In this document: positions 1 through 9,974 of the stretch, one piece after another
Numbering within the stretch: position 1 is the first letter of the stretch
Layout of the letters: every line of letters starts with the position of its first letter
Assembly (NCBI GenBank): GCA_963823655.1
Contig: CAWGMK010000006.1
Coordinates: 320,001-384,000 of the forward strand
Direction: 5' to 3'
DNA: 64,000 nt
Source: an uncultured Bacillota bacterium
Lineage (GTDB): Bacteria > Bacillota > DTU025 > MWDF01
Notes under the pieces: model-generated
Told to the model about the DNA's origin: nothing
Seen by the model: only the letters and a program-made list of their open reading frames with translations
Database searches by the model: none
Translations under genes and position numbers: made by a program

Positions 1-2
1 CG

Positions 3-250
3 GAGCTGCTGGAGAGAATGGGCAGCTGCCAGCTCTACCCGCTGCTTAAGAGGGAAGATGAGAAGTTCGTGACCGAGCAGGCATACGATAATGCAAAATT
101 CGTCGAGGATATCCTGAGGGACACTGTAATTGCGCTGAGGGCCGAACCGCTGATTGCCTGGTTCGACTATAGAGTGCGAGAGCATTAGAGTCTATCCATA
201 ACCACAGTGCGTTCGCAAGGCATATCGAATCGAAGGCGAAGAGCGATTAG
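3..250 (+). CDS. folE2: GTP cyclohydrolase FolE2 (type IB), C-terminal fragment
   Basis: Manual translation gives [26 protein letters not shown]...[14 protein letters not shown], the typical FolE2 C-terminus. 5'-truncated by the window edge; small indels near 170-190; stop TAG at 248-250. Confidence 0.85.
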
Positions 251-262
251 AAGGAGCCGTAA

Positions 263-2207
263 ATGCCAGTCCTGACTATAAATAACCTAAACAAATCCTT
301 CGGCGCCACCCAGATCCTGAAGGATGTGGGCTGCTCGGTGCACGAAGGGGATAAGATAGCCCTTGTCGGCAGGAACGGCACAGGCAAGACCACACTGGTG
401 AGGATCATGGCCGGAATCGAAGACTACGATTCCGGGGACATTGCCGTTTCTCAAGGGGCCAAGATGGCCTACCTTTCCCAGACTCCGGAATCTGATCTTG
501 ATGGGGACCTCCTTTCATTCGCGCTGGAGGCTTTCGCAGACATAGAGCAAACAGAAAACTCCATCGCCCTGCTCTCTGCCGAAATGGCGACATTGGAGCC
601 GGACTCGCCAGAGCTCAAGGACTCAATGAGAAGGTATGAGAGATTACTTGAGCACATCAGCGCCAAAGACGGCTTCAACAGGGAGTACAAGGCGAAAGCG
701 GCCCTGTATGGCCTGGGTTTCTGCGAGGATGACCTGGACAGGACCTTGAATACTCTAAGCGGCGGCCAGATGATGAGGGCGTCGCTTGCTAAGCTGCTTC
801 TCTCCGAGCCGGACCTGATGCTGTTGGACGAGCCCACAAATCACCTTGACCTTGCTTCCACGGAGTGGCTCGAGGCGTTTCTTAAGTCCTATAAGGGCAG
901 CATGGTGCTTGTGTCACATGACAGGTACTTCCTTGAGGCGGTAGCCGACCACGTATGGGAGATTGAGGGCCTTGCTCTAAAAGCCTATGAGGGCGGATAT
1001 GAGGATTTCGTGGCTCAGAAGGAGTTCAACCTCAAGCACCAGATGGATGAGTTCGCAAGGCAGCAGGAATATATGGAGAAGCTGGCGGATTATATCAGGC
1101 GCTACAAGGCGGGCAACAGGACCACAATGGCCCAGTCAAGGGAGAAGATGCTCGCGAGGATAAAGGCGGTGGCGGTTTCAAGGCCCAGAAAGGCTGCGGA
1201 GCTTGCCATAAGATTTCGGCGAAGTGACCAGGACCGGCAAATACGCGATATCGGCGACAGGCCTTAGCGAAAGCATATGGGCCTCTTAAGCTTTTCTCGG
1301 GGCTGGACCTTCACGTAGAGCGGGGGGAAAGGCTCGGAATCGTAGGCCCTAACGGCTCGGGGAAGACCACACTAATAAGGATTCTTGCCGGGGACCTTTC
1401 GCCCGACAAAGGTGAAGTCAGGCCCGGCGTTAACATGAAGAAGGCGGTGTTCTACCAGGACATCAAGGGCCTTGAGGACAACATGACCGTCCTCGATCAT
1501 ATATACATGAGAAAGCCCTGGACACAGGGCCAGGCCAGGGATTACCTCGCTCGCTTCCTCTTCAGGGGGGATGAGGTGCTCAAGCTTGCAGGGGACCTGT
1601 CCGGCGGCGAGAAGAACAGGCTTCTTCTGGGCATGATGCTGCTGGAAGAGCCAAATCTCATTATCCTAGACGAACCTACCAACCACCTCGATATAGCTTC
1701 GAGGCATGCGCTTGAGGATGCTCTCTCCGATTTCGAAGGGACTGTGATAGTCGCAAGCCATGACAGGTACTTCCTTGATCGGATCGCCACAAGGATACTG
1801 CAAGTGGACGACGGCAAGGCTGAGCTATTCGACGGCAACTTCACTTTCTACAGGCAAGCTCAGGAGAAAGCAGAAGCAGGAGAGGGGGAAGGCCCCGAAG
1901 CTGGAGCAGAAGCGCGAACTGACGCAAAGCAGGAACTCATCGAGGGAGCTGAGAAGGCAGAAGGAGCGCGTGGCCTCGCTGATCGCCGAATCGGAAATAC
2001 GTATCCACGAGCTGGAGCGGCAACTTAAAAGGCATTGAGGGCAAACTCATGGACCCAGAGACTTACAAAGATGCTAAATCCGCCACCGATGCGCAGAAGC
2101 TGCATGACAGGGTAGCTGCGGAGCTGAGCAAGGAATATGAAAGATGGCATGAGTTGGAGTCGCTGAAGTCGGACGATGCGGGAGAAGATGGCATTGGACT
2201 TCAATAA
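263..2207 (+). CDS. ABC-F family ATPase (two NBDs, C-terminal coiled coil), split by frameshifts
   Basis: Walker A GRNGTGKT and GPNGSGKT (~1345), LSGGQ/LSGGE signatures, two LDEPTNHLD and SHDRYFL motifs. Built from ORFs 263-1267 and 1435-2028 plus a tail ending at TAA 2205-2207. Confidence 0.88.
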
Positions 2208-2284
2208 GTACCTTGCCAGAGGGGGCGAAATATTATAATAAGATAGAATACTGTATACATTGAAAAATTGCGGGAGGGAACACT

Positions 2285-3475
2285 ATGAAGCTTTCGAAAA
2301 GGGCAAAGAGCATCACCCCTTCGCCGACTTTGGCTATGGATGCAAAAACCAAGGAAATGCAGGCATCCGGAATCGACATCGTATCCTTTTGCGTCGGTGA
2401 GCCTGATTTCGACACTCCGCTGTACATACAAGTAGCGGCAATCGATGCAATCAGGGGAGGGCACACCAGGTATACCGCGGGTTCAGGCACGCTTGAGCTT
2501 AGAAACGCTGTGGTAGCCAAGTACAAGAGGGAATGCAATGTAGACTATACGGCCGGTCAGGTCATAGTCTCAAGCGGTGCCAAGCACAGCTTGTACAATG
2601 CCTGCCTTGCGGTCTGCGATGACGGTGATGAGGTTATAGTGCCGGCGCCTTACTGGGTAAGCTACCCCGACATGGTTAAGCTTGCAGGCGGCGTCCCGGT
2701 CATTATGGACACGACAGACGCCGATTTCAAGGTGACGCCCGAATGCCTTGAGAAGCACATAACGCCCAAAACGAAGGCGATTATACTCAACAGCCCCTCA
2801 AACCCCAGCGGCGCGGTCTACACCGAGGCCGAACTCAGGGCAATTGCTGATGTTATTGTTAAGCATGATATAATACTCATCTCGGATGATATTTACGAGG
2901 CGCTCGTGTATGGCGGAAGCAAGTATATCTGCGTGTCGTCGTTCGGTGAGGAAGTGTACAATCGCACCATAGTAGTCAACGGAGTATCCAAGTCTTATGC
3001 GATGACCGGCTGGAGGATAGGCTACGCTCTTGGACCCAAGGACGTTATCAAGGCCATGGGCGACATCCAGAGCCATACAACATCCTGTCCCAGCTCGATT
3101 AGCCAGAAGGCATCGTTCAAGGCCCTAACCGGAGACCAGGCTCCCATGCGCGCCATGGTGGAGCAATTCAAAGCCAGATGCGAATACATGTCCGAGAGGT
3201 TGGCAAGTATGCCTGGTATCGAATGCCCGAAACCGGTCGGAGCCTTCTACTGTTTCCCGAAGGTGTCTAGCTATTTCGGCAAGTCGGTCGACGGGATGTT
3301 GATAAAGGACTCCAATGACTTCTCTGCCGCTTTGCTAGACAAAGCCCACGTGGCAGTCGTGGCCGGGAGCGCATTCGGTTCCGACGAATATATCAGGCTT
3401 TCGTACGCCACATCCATGGAGTTGATAAAAGAGGGCCTTAATCGAATGGAAAAACTGCTGGCGAGGATGAACTAG
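2285..3475 (+). CDS. Class I/II PLP-dependent aminotransferase (aspartate aminotransferase-like)
   Basis: GEPDF, NSPSNPSG, DDIY and SKSYAMTGWRIGY PLP-lysine motifs; SD GGAGG upstream. Confidence 0.92.
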   Translation: MKLSKRAKSITPSPTLAMDAKTKEMQASGIDIVSFCVGEPDFDTPLYIQVAAIDAIRGGHTRYTAGSGTLELRNAVVAKYKRECNVDYTAGQVIVSSGAKHSLYNACLAVCDDGDEVIVPAPYWVSYPDMVKLAGGVPVIMDTTDADFKVTPECLEKHITPKTKAIILNSPSNPSGAVYTEAELRAIADVIVKHDIILISDDIYEALVYGGSKYICVSSFGEEVYNRTIVVNGVSKSYAMTGWRIGYALGPKDVIKAMGDIQSHTTSCPSSISQKASFKALTGDQAPMRAMVEQFKARCEYMSERLASMPGIECPKPVGAFYCFPKVSSYFGKSVDGMLIKDSNDFSAALLDKAHVAVVAGSAFGSDEYIRLSYATSMELIKEGLNRMEKLLARMN

Positions 3476-3504
3476 GCTAAATAACAAATTTCGGAGGTGT
3501 TTTT

Positions 3505-4320
3505 TTGCGTATTGGCGTCATAGGAGGAACAGGGGCTGACAAGCCCGAAATGCTCTCCGATGTTAGGGACATTTACGTCAAGACAATTTTCGGCGACGTA
3601 GTAGCGTATTCCGGCAAGCTAGACTGCGAAGAGGTCGTCTTCCTTGCCAGGCACAGCTCAGGGCACACTGTTGCGCCCCACAGGATAAACTACAGGGCAA
3701 ATATCGCAGCTTTAAAAGTGCTCGGGGTAGAGAGGATTATTGCCACCGCAGCTGTAGGGTCTCTTAATCAATCAATGCCTCCGGGCTGTTTCGTAATCCC
3801 GGACCAGTTTATTGACAACACGTGGGGAAGGCCGGTCCAGTTCTTCGACGAGGGGGAATGGGCCGTCACGCACCTTGACATGACTGCGCCTTACTGCACG
3901 CAGATGAGGAGCACCATCGCAAGGGCTTGTGAAACGGCGAAGGTAAAGCACCTGGACAGCGGCTGCTATGTCTGCTTCCAGGGGCCCAGGTATGAGACTC
4001 CTGCGGAAATCAGGATGTACTCCAAGCTGGGCGGAGATATCGCGGGCATGACGCATGTCCCCGAGATCGTACTGGCAAGGGAGGCCGAGATGTGCTACGG
4101 CGGGATTGCCCTTGTTACAAACTGGGGCGCAGGCATATCCAAGCAGTCTTTGAGCCACACTGAAGTATCGGAAATGATGGAATATGCCAAATCGAGGCTT
4201 CTTGAAATCATAGCCGAGTCGATCAGGACCATGCCGCATGACAAGCAGTGCCACTGCGGCAATTCCCTGGACGAGATGGTATCTTGGGGCCGCAAGAGGC
4301 CTGATTTCTCGGCCCGATAG
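3505..4320 (+). CDS. mtnP: MTAP-family purine nucleoside phosphorylase (methylthioadenosine/methylthioinosine phosphorylase)
   Basis: IGVIGGTG, RHxxxHxxxPHxINYRANI, GPRYETPAE and GMTxxPE motifs; TTG start after GGAGG. Confidence 0.88.
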   Translation: MRIGVIGGTGADKPEMLSDVRDIYVKTIFGDVVAYSGKLDCEEVVFLARHSSGHTVAPHRINYRANIAALKVLGVERIIATAAVGSLNQSMPPGCFVIPDQFIDNTWGRPVQFFDEGEWAVTHLDMTAPYCTQMRSTIARACETAKVKHLDSGCYVCFQGPRYETPAEIRMYSKLGGDIAGMTHVPEIVLAREAEMCYGGIALVTNWGAGISKQSLSHTEVSEMMEYAKSRLLEIIAESIRTMPHDKQCHCGNSLDEMVSWGRKRPDFSAR

Positions 4321-4330
4321 AGGTGCGGCC

Positions 4331-5644
4331 ATGAAAGTCGATTTCCAAATCAGATGCAAGGCTCTGGTTCCGATGGCTGAAGGGATGAATGACTGCTACA
4401 AGGACGCGGCCATCCTTATAAAAGGAAGCAGGATCTACTGGTCGGGTGAATACGCAAAGCTTCCCGTCGGAATCGAAGCGGACACAGTAATTGATTTCCC
4501 CGATTTCATTGCGATGCCGGGCCTTGTAAACACGCACACTCACGCTGCAATGGTGCTTTTGAGAGGATTCGGGGACGATTTGGCATTGCAGGAGTGGCTT
4601 ACTACCAAGGTCTTTCCCGCAGAGGCAGGGCTTACGGCGGACGATGTCTACTGGGGTACCTTGCTCGCGTCGATAGAAATGGTAAAGTCGGGGTGTACGG
4701 CTTTCGCCGATATGTACTTCTACATGGACAGCGCCGCAGAAGCAGTTGCCGACAGCGGACTTAGGGCAGCGCTTGCAAGAAGCGTATCCAGCATAACGGA
4801 TCCTGACTTTGCCAAGCTTCAGGAATCGCTCGATTTCTGCAAGAGGTGGGATGGGGTGGCAGACGGCAGGATCACTGCGCTAATGTCCCCTCACTCGCTT
4901 TATACCTGCTCACCTGAATATGCAGCAAAACTGGCGGCGATCGCCAAGGATAACGGCCTTGGCATTCATACCCATCTTGCCGAGACCAGGCGCGAAGAGA
5001 AGTATGCCATCGAGACATTCGGCAAGAGCACGGCTGCAAAGATGATGGAAGTAGGCCTTTTCGACATTAAGGCCCTTGCCGCCCACTGCGTATGGCTTTC
5101 GGATGAAGACATGGACATACTTGCCGAAAAAGATGTTAAAGTGGCCCATAACCCCGGGTCCAATACTAAGCTTGCCTCCGGCATCGCAAGGGTCGCAGAA
5201 ATGCAAAAGAGGGGGATAACTGTTGGTCTTGGAACAGATGGCGCATCCTCCAACAACAACCTGGACATGATGGAGGAGATAAGGCTCGCGACTCTGCTGG
5301 CAAAAGTGTCATCCCTGGATCCTACTGCTTTGCCCGCCAAGCAAGTGCTGAGGATGGCAACGGCCGACGGGGCAAAGTGCCTGCTATCAGACGGTTCTTT
5401 CGGGGCGCTTTCCGCCGGGATGAAAGCGGACATTGCTTTCGTGGACACTAGGGGCGAACATATGGTGCCTGAGCATGACGCGATTTCGAACATTGTCTAC
5501 TCAGCAAGGGGATCTGACATCGACACAGTGTTCATTGACGGTAAGATGGTCCTTGCCAGCCGGAAAATGCTCACAATTGATGAGAATGAAGTCAAGCGCC
5601 AGTGCGCTGAAAGGGCAGCCAGGCTCGTATCCGGATTGAGCTGA
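4331..5644 (+). CDS. mtaD: 5-methylthioadenosine/S-adenosylhomocysteine deaminase (amidohydrolase)
   Basis: PGLVNTHTH, HTHLAET, AHC and GTDGASSNN motifs; start moved to ATG 4331 after the mtnP stop; adjacent to mtnP. Confidence 0.88.
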   Translation: MKVDFQIRCKALVPMAEGMNDCYKDAAILIKGSRIYWSGEYAKLPVGIEADTVIDFPDFIAMPGLVNTHTHAAMVLLRGFGDDLALQEWLTTKVFPAEAGLTADDVYWGTLLASIEMVKSGCTAFADMYFYMDSAAEAVADSGLRAALARSVSSITDPDFAKLQESLDFCKRWDGVADGRITALMSPHSLYTCSPEYAAKLAAIAKDNGLGIHTHLAETRREEKYAIETFGKSTAAKMMEVGLFDIKALAAHCVWLSDEDMDILAEKDVKVAHNPGSNTKLASGIARVAEMQKRGITVGLGTDGASSNNNLDMMEEIRLATLLAKVSSLDPTALPAKQVLRMATADGAKCLLSDGSFGALSAGMKADIAFVDTRGEHMVPEHDAISNIVYSARGSDIDTVFIDGKMVLASRKMLTIDENEVKRQCAERAARLVSGLS

Positions 5645-5650
5645 ACACTA

Positions 5651-5679
5651 TTGCCATACAGCAGCGCATTTGATATACT
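5651..5679 (+). promoter_or_regulatory. sigma-A type promoter for the tRNA pair
   Basis: TTGCCA-17 nt-TATACT with an extended -10 TG, just upstream of tRNA-Gln. Confidence 0.7.
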
Positions 5680-5700
5680 AATCCTCGCGTGATTTGGCTA

Positions 5701-5774
5701 TGGGGAGTCGTCTAATGGTAGGACGTCAGACTCTGGATTTGATTATGAGGGTTCGAATCCTTCCTCCCCAGCCA
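5701..5774 (+). tRNA. tRNA-Gln(CTG)
   Basis: Cloverleaf with anticodon arm TCAGA-CTCTGGA-TTTGA, T-loop GGTTCGAATCC and 3' CCA. Confidence 0.95.
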
Positions 5775-5781
5775 ATATAGT

Positions 5782-5857
5782 GGCCCCGTGGTCTAGTGGT
5801 CTAGGACATCGCCCTCTCAAGGCGGGGACACGGGTTCGAACCCCGTCGGGGCTACCA
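5782..5857 (+). tRNA. tRNA-Glu(CTC)
   Basis: Anticodon arm TCGCC-CTCTCAA-GGCGG, T-loop GGTTCGAACCC, 3' CCA. Confidence 0.95.
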
Positions 5858-5869
5858 ACAATGAGATTG

Positions 5870-5906
5870 AATGCCGGGCATTTTTAAGATGCCCGGCATT
5901 TCTTTT
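5870..5906 (+). terminator. Intrinsic terminator after the tRNAs
   Basis: AATGCCGGGCAT / ATGCCCGGCATT stem followed by TCTTTT. Confidence 0.8.
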
Positions 5907-5984
5907 CACCTCAGATGACATACTAAGTGTCGATGAAAACCCGCTGTCGGCCCGAATAGAATAGGGCCAGGGAGGTGGGATTAT

Positions 5985-6992
5985 ATGAATAGAAGAAATC
6001 TGGTATTCGTAGTGCTGCTTTTAATTATCGCGGCCATGGCTGGAGGTTGTACACAGTCAGGCACTGGGGACTTGAGCGTAAGCATTGAAAGCGCCGAGTT
6101 GATATCCGCATCCGGTTTCGGAATAAGCCAGGTGCTAATAACGGCGAGAAACGCGGGGGTAGTTCTAAACGCCTCCATCGACTTTGCCTCAGGCCAGACT
6201 GCATGCGACTTCCAATCTGTACTCTCAGGTATCTGGACGGTAGAGGCGAACGGCATGGATTCAAGCGGCAAGGCGGTCTATTACGGCAAAGCCACTGTCG
6301 TGGTGGAGAGCGGAACTAGCGCTGCGGCGAACCTGATACTAATGCCTATAAACGGCGAATACGAGATGAGCATCGATCTGTCCGATGTAGACACAGCAAA
6401 AGTCGCCTCGGCAGAAATTTGGGTGTACCCGTTCGGGATCGGAAGCTACACGAAAAAGCATGTAATAACAGGAGAGATAAACAAGGTTCATACTGTATCT
6501 GCCACCGGCATAAAACCACAGTCCTATGAGTTCCAGATCCGTCTTTTCGACATTTCCGGCGAGAGCTATTACTTGAGCCCATGGTACACTTTCGACATCT
6601 TTCCCGCTTCCAAGACATATGTTTCAGCGGGCTTGGAGTACTCAACATTTACTGTCGGCATATCCCTTGAAGATATGCCGGAGCGGCCCATTATTGGATC
6701 AGTGATGGCATCTGTAGCTGGAGGGACGCTTAACGTCGAGATGTCCTGGACCCAGCCTGGCGCGGGGGAGCTGGAGAGCGCAATTGTTTATGTCAGGTTC
6801 TATGAGACGGAGCGTTATGATTCTGCATACGTCTATATGCCTGCAATAATGGAGGAAACAGTTACGGGAGTGCAGTTTAGCGTCGACAGCGATGACTTCC
6901 TATCCAGCGGAAAGATGTGGCTCAAGATAGTGACGGTCGGAAAGAATTCGATGAGAAGCTTTTCGAGCGACGAAGTCGAATATCAGCCCTAG
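5985..6992 (+). CDS. Hypothetical lipoprotein, beta-rich
   Basis: SD GGAGGT; signal peptide MNRRNLVFVVLLLIIAAMAGG-C with lipobox; no family recognised. Confidence 0.7.
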   Translation: MNRRNLVFVVLLLIIAAMAGGCTQSGTGDLSVSIESAELISASGFGISQVLITARNAGVVLNASIDFASGQTACDFQSVLSGIWTVEANGMDSSGKAVYYGKATVVVESGTSAAANLILMPINGEYEMSIDLSDVDTAKVASAEIWVYPFGIGSYTKKHVITGEINKVHTVSATGIKPQSYEFQIRLFDISGESYYLSPWYTFDIFPASKTYVSAGLEYSTFTVGISLEDMPERPIIGSVMASVAGGTLNVEMSWTQPGAGELESAIVYVRFYETERYDSAYVYMPAIMEETVTGVQFSVDSDDFLSSGKMWLKIVTVGKNSMRSFSSDEVEYQP

Positions 6993-7003
6993 TATAAGCA
7001 GCA

Positions 7004-7034
7004 GGCCGGCGGCATAAAAGAAATGCCGCCGGCC
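7004..7034. terminator. Hairpin between convergent genes (probable terminator)
   Basis: Perfect 12-bp stem GGCCGGCGGCAT / ATGCCGCCGGCC. Confidence 0.65.
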
Positions 7035-7047
7035 GAAATCTTTGGAA

Positions 7048-8424
7048 CTAGATGCCGATTATCAATCTCGCCGTTGTGAAGTACACTATAAGGCCCAGGG
7101 CATCTACTACCGTTGTGATCAGAGGCCCTGCGATTACCGCCGGGTCAAGCTTCATGTACGAGGCAAGTATGGGAAGCCCGGCGCCGGCCATCGAACCTAT
7201 GGTCACGGTGAAGAGTACGGATATGCCAATTGTTAGGCCCATGGAAAGCCAGTCCACCCCGGCATGCGGGATGATGAATGAGAGCGCAATGCCTGCGATC
7301 CCGGTAACCAGTCCCAGCATCAGGCCTACTCTTGCCTCTTTCAATATGATCGACACACCATCTTTGATCTTTACGTCCTTCAATGCGAGAGACCTTATTA
7401 CCAGGGCCGATGCCTGCGAACCTGCATTGCCTCCGCATCCGATAAGCAGAGGTATGAAGAAAGTCAGCGCCACAACAGACTCAAGGGACTTCTCGAAGCC
7501 TTTCATGATGAAACCGCTGGAAAGGTCCGCGAAGAACAGGATTATCAGCCATATGACTCTGTTCTTCCAGTGTTTGACCGTCTTAGTAGCCTGATAAGTA
7601 TCCTCAGACGAGATGGTGCCTGCCATCCTCTGAATGTCTTCTGTAGCCTCTTCCTCAACTACTTGGAGTATGTCGTCAGCAGTGATTATTCCCGTAAGCC
7701 TGTCATCGGAATCAACGACCGGAAGGGCTGAGAAACCGTACTTCTTGAATAAGCCCGCCGCTTCCTCCTGGTCGCTGTCCACATGGACTTTTACGATCTT
7801 CCTGTGCATGATCTCCCCGACGGTCAGCATCGGATTGGCCACTACCAAGTCCCTGAGGGACAGGAGGCCTACTAGCCTTTCGTCGGAGTCAACCACGAAG
7901 ATGTCATTCAGAGTCTGAGCTTCGGCACCGCACTTTTTTATATGTATCAGGGCTTTCTCCACCCCTGTAGAAGGGGAGAGGGCGATGAACTCTGTGCCCA
8001 TGATGCCGCCGGAGCTGTCATCCTCATAGCTCAGCAGCTCCTTGAACTCCTGGGCCTCTTCTTTGTCGAAGTTGCTAAGTATGTCGGCCGCATGCTCTTC
8101 ATCCAGCTCAGAGAGCAAGTCGGTGGCATCGTCAGATTCCATTTCGCCTATGATGTCTGATGCTTTGCCTGCGTCCATCTCGGAGACCAATTCCGTCTGT
8201 TCCTCGGTATCCAGCTCCTCGAGAATGTCCGCTGCAAGTTCCAGGGGCAGCTTTTCGAAGAGGGCCTTGCGCTCTTCATCGCCCAGCATCGTATAGACTT
8301 CGGCGAGGTCGGCCGCATGCTGGTCCTCTACATAAGATATGAGCGATGATTGGTCGCCTGAAAGCAGACGGTCGCGTATTTCCTGGAGGATGCCCAGTAT
8401 CCTTGCCCTTGTCTCCTCGTTCAT
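7048..8424 (-). CDS. mgtE: Magnesium transporter MgtE (copy 2)
   Basis: MgtE N-domain, CBS pair, GGNAGSQ and DPAxxxGPLITTVVD transmembrane motifs; likely start MNEETR at 8424. Confidence 0.93.
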   Translation of the reverse strand: MNEETRARILGILQEIRDRLLSGDQSSLISYVEDQHAADLAEVYTMLGDEERKALFEKLPLELAADILEELDTEEQTELVSEMDAGKASDIIGEMESDDATDLLSELDEEHAADILSNFDKEEAQEFKELLSYEDDSSGGIMGTEFIALSPSTGVEKALIHIKKCGAEAQTLNDIFVVDSDERLVGLLSLRDLVVANPMLTVGEIMHRKIVKVHVDSDQEEAAGLFKKYGFSALPVVDSDDRLTGIITADDILQVVEEEATEDIQRMAGTISSEDTYQATKTVKHWKNRVIWLIILFFADLSSGFIMKGFEKSLESVVALTFFIPLLIGCGGNAGSQASALVIRSLALKDVKIKDGVSIILKEARVGLMLGLVTGIAGIALSFIIPHAGVDWLSMGLTIGISVLFTVTIGSMAGAGLPILASYMKLDPAVIAGPLITTVVDALGLIVYFTTARLIIGI

Positions 8425-8438
8425 GCTCCGCCCCCCTT

Positions 8439-9818
8439 TCAGATGCCCAGGACTGTTTTCGCTATCGAGAAGTAAATGATCAGGCCGGCCGAGTCGACCA
8501 AAGTAGTGACTAGCGGCCCTGCCAGGACCGCGGGGTCCAGGCCAATCAAATGGGCCGCCAGAGGAAGCATGGAGCCGGCAACGGAGCCGAACAGCACCAC
8601 AATTGCCGTGGACAGCCCGACCACGATGCCTGCCTGGGCCCACATAAGCTCCGGCGAATGCATAAAGGAGGCTGCGGCAAAACCCAGGCCGCCGATGCTA
8701 AGCCCCAGCATTATGCTCACCCGGATCTCTTTCCAGATGACCTTGGCATATTCGGTCACATCGAACTCCCTTAAGGCAAGGGATCTGATAATGATGGCAG
8801 AGGACTGCGATCCCGCATTGCCGCCCTCGTCGATTAGCATGGGTATGAAGAATACCAAGGTTACGAACTGGGATAACACAGCTTCGTTTCCTTTCATTAT
8901 GCTGCTCGTGAAGGCGCCTGTTATGAAAAGGGCCAGCAGCCACACTACGCGCCTTGACCACAGCTCAAGTGCGCTGGAGCTGCTGTAGCTCCTATCAAGC
9001 GGGAGGGTGGCCGACATCTTCTGGATGTCCTCGGTGGTTTCCTCGTCGAGGACTTGAAGTATGTCGTTGGCGGAGATTATCCCTGTAAGCTTATTATCCT
9101 TATCGATGACCGGCAGAGACAGGTAGCCGTACTTCCTGAAAATGTGGGCTGCCTCTTCCTGGTCGCTGTCTGCCTTAACGGAGAGCACATTGGTGTTCAT
9201 TATCGAGCCGATCTTGTCGGAACGGTCGGCCATTACGAGGTCCCTTAAGGAAAGCACCCCGAGCAACCTGTCATCGTCGTCGACCACGTATACGTAGTAC
9301 GTCTTGTCGGCGTCGGGGCACAGCCTCCTAAGCTCATCGAAGGCCTGCTGTACATCCCATCTGGCGTTCAAGGTAACATACTCGGTGGCCATGATGCCGC
9401 CGGACGAGTCATCTTCGTATTTTAGCAGGTCCTTGACGTCATCCGCGCCATCGTCGAATTTCGCAAGGATGGTCTGCGCATCGGACTCCTCCAGCTCGGA
9501 CAGGAGGTCGGCCGCATCGTCGGATTCCATCTCCGATACAATTTCAGCCGCTTTGTCTGCGCCAAGCACGTCCAGAAGCTCGATTTGAAGCGGTATGTCC
9601 AACTCCTGGAATACGTCGGCAGTTAGCGAGCTAGGAAGCAGTATCAGCAGCCTTCGGCGGTCATCAGGGGGCAGTGCCTTCAAAGCCTCCGCGATATCGG
9701 CAGGCAGGGCCCCGGATGAAAGGTTCTTATAGGCAAGATACGATGGGTTGTCCAGAAAGGCCCTAACAAGCGTGAGCGCATCGCCGCTCCTGTTTTTGGC
9801 CTGTTGTTCTAAGTACAT
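8439..9818 (-). CDS. mgtE: Magnesium transporter MgtE (copy 1)
   Basis: Same architecture: MESDDAADLL, CBS pair, GGNAGSQ, DPAVLAGPLVTTLVD. Confidence 0.93.
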   Translation of the reverse strand: MYLEQQAKNRSGDALTLVRAFLDNPSYLAYKNLSSGALPADIAEALKALPPDDRRRLLILLPSSLTADVFQELDIPLQIELLDVLGADKAAEIVSEMESDDAADLLSELEESDAQTILAKFDDGADDVKDLLKYEDDSSGGIMATEYVTLNARWDVQQAFDELRRLCPDADKTYYVYVVDDDDRLLGVLSLRDLVMADRSDKIGSIMNTNVLSVKADSDQEEAAHIFRKYGYLSLPVIDKDNKLTGIISANDILQVLDEETTEDIQKMSATLPLDRSYSSSSALELWSRRVVWLLALFITGAFTSSIMKGNEAVLSQFVTLVFFIPMLIDEGGNAGSQSSAIIIRSLALREFDVTEYAKVIWKEIRVSIMLGLSIGGLGFAAASFMHSPELMWAQAGIVVGLSTAIVVLFGSVAGSMLPLAAHLIGLDPAVLAGPLVTTLVDSAGLIIYFSIAKTVLGI

Positions 9819-9850
9819 GGGCGCACCCCCTAACCAGGGCGCAACTGAAG

Positions 9851-9943
9851 CTAGACCAGGAAGCCTCGGTAAGCGCCCGTATAATATGGAATTATCTTGC
9901 GACTGTCAGAAAGCATACTTCGACTGCCGGGATCCGATTCCAT
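9851..9943 (-). CDS. Putative 30-aa leader peptide of the mgtE operon (MESDPGSRSMLSDSRKIIPYYTGAYRGFLV)
   Basis: Strong SD AAGGAGGTG followed after 6 nt by ATG; lies between a promoter and mgtE; stop is 32 nt before the mgtE start. Confidence 0.55.
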   Translation of the reverse strand: MESDPGSRSMLSDSRKIIPYYTGAYRGFLV

Positions 9944-9974
9944 AGCGCTCACCTCCTTGGAATAAAGCATAGTT

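Noticed and set aside
7920-7929. CTTCGGCACC matching the tRNA-Leu 3' end as a possible att site
   Set aside because: 10-nt match inside the mgtE coding sequence with no integrase; chance.
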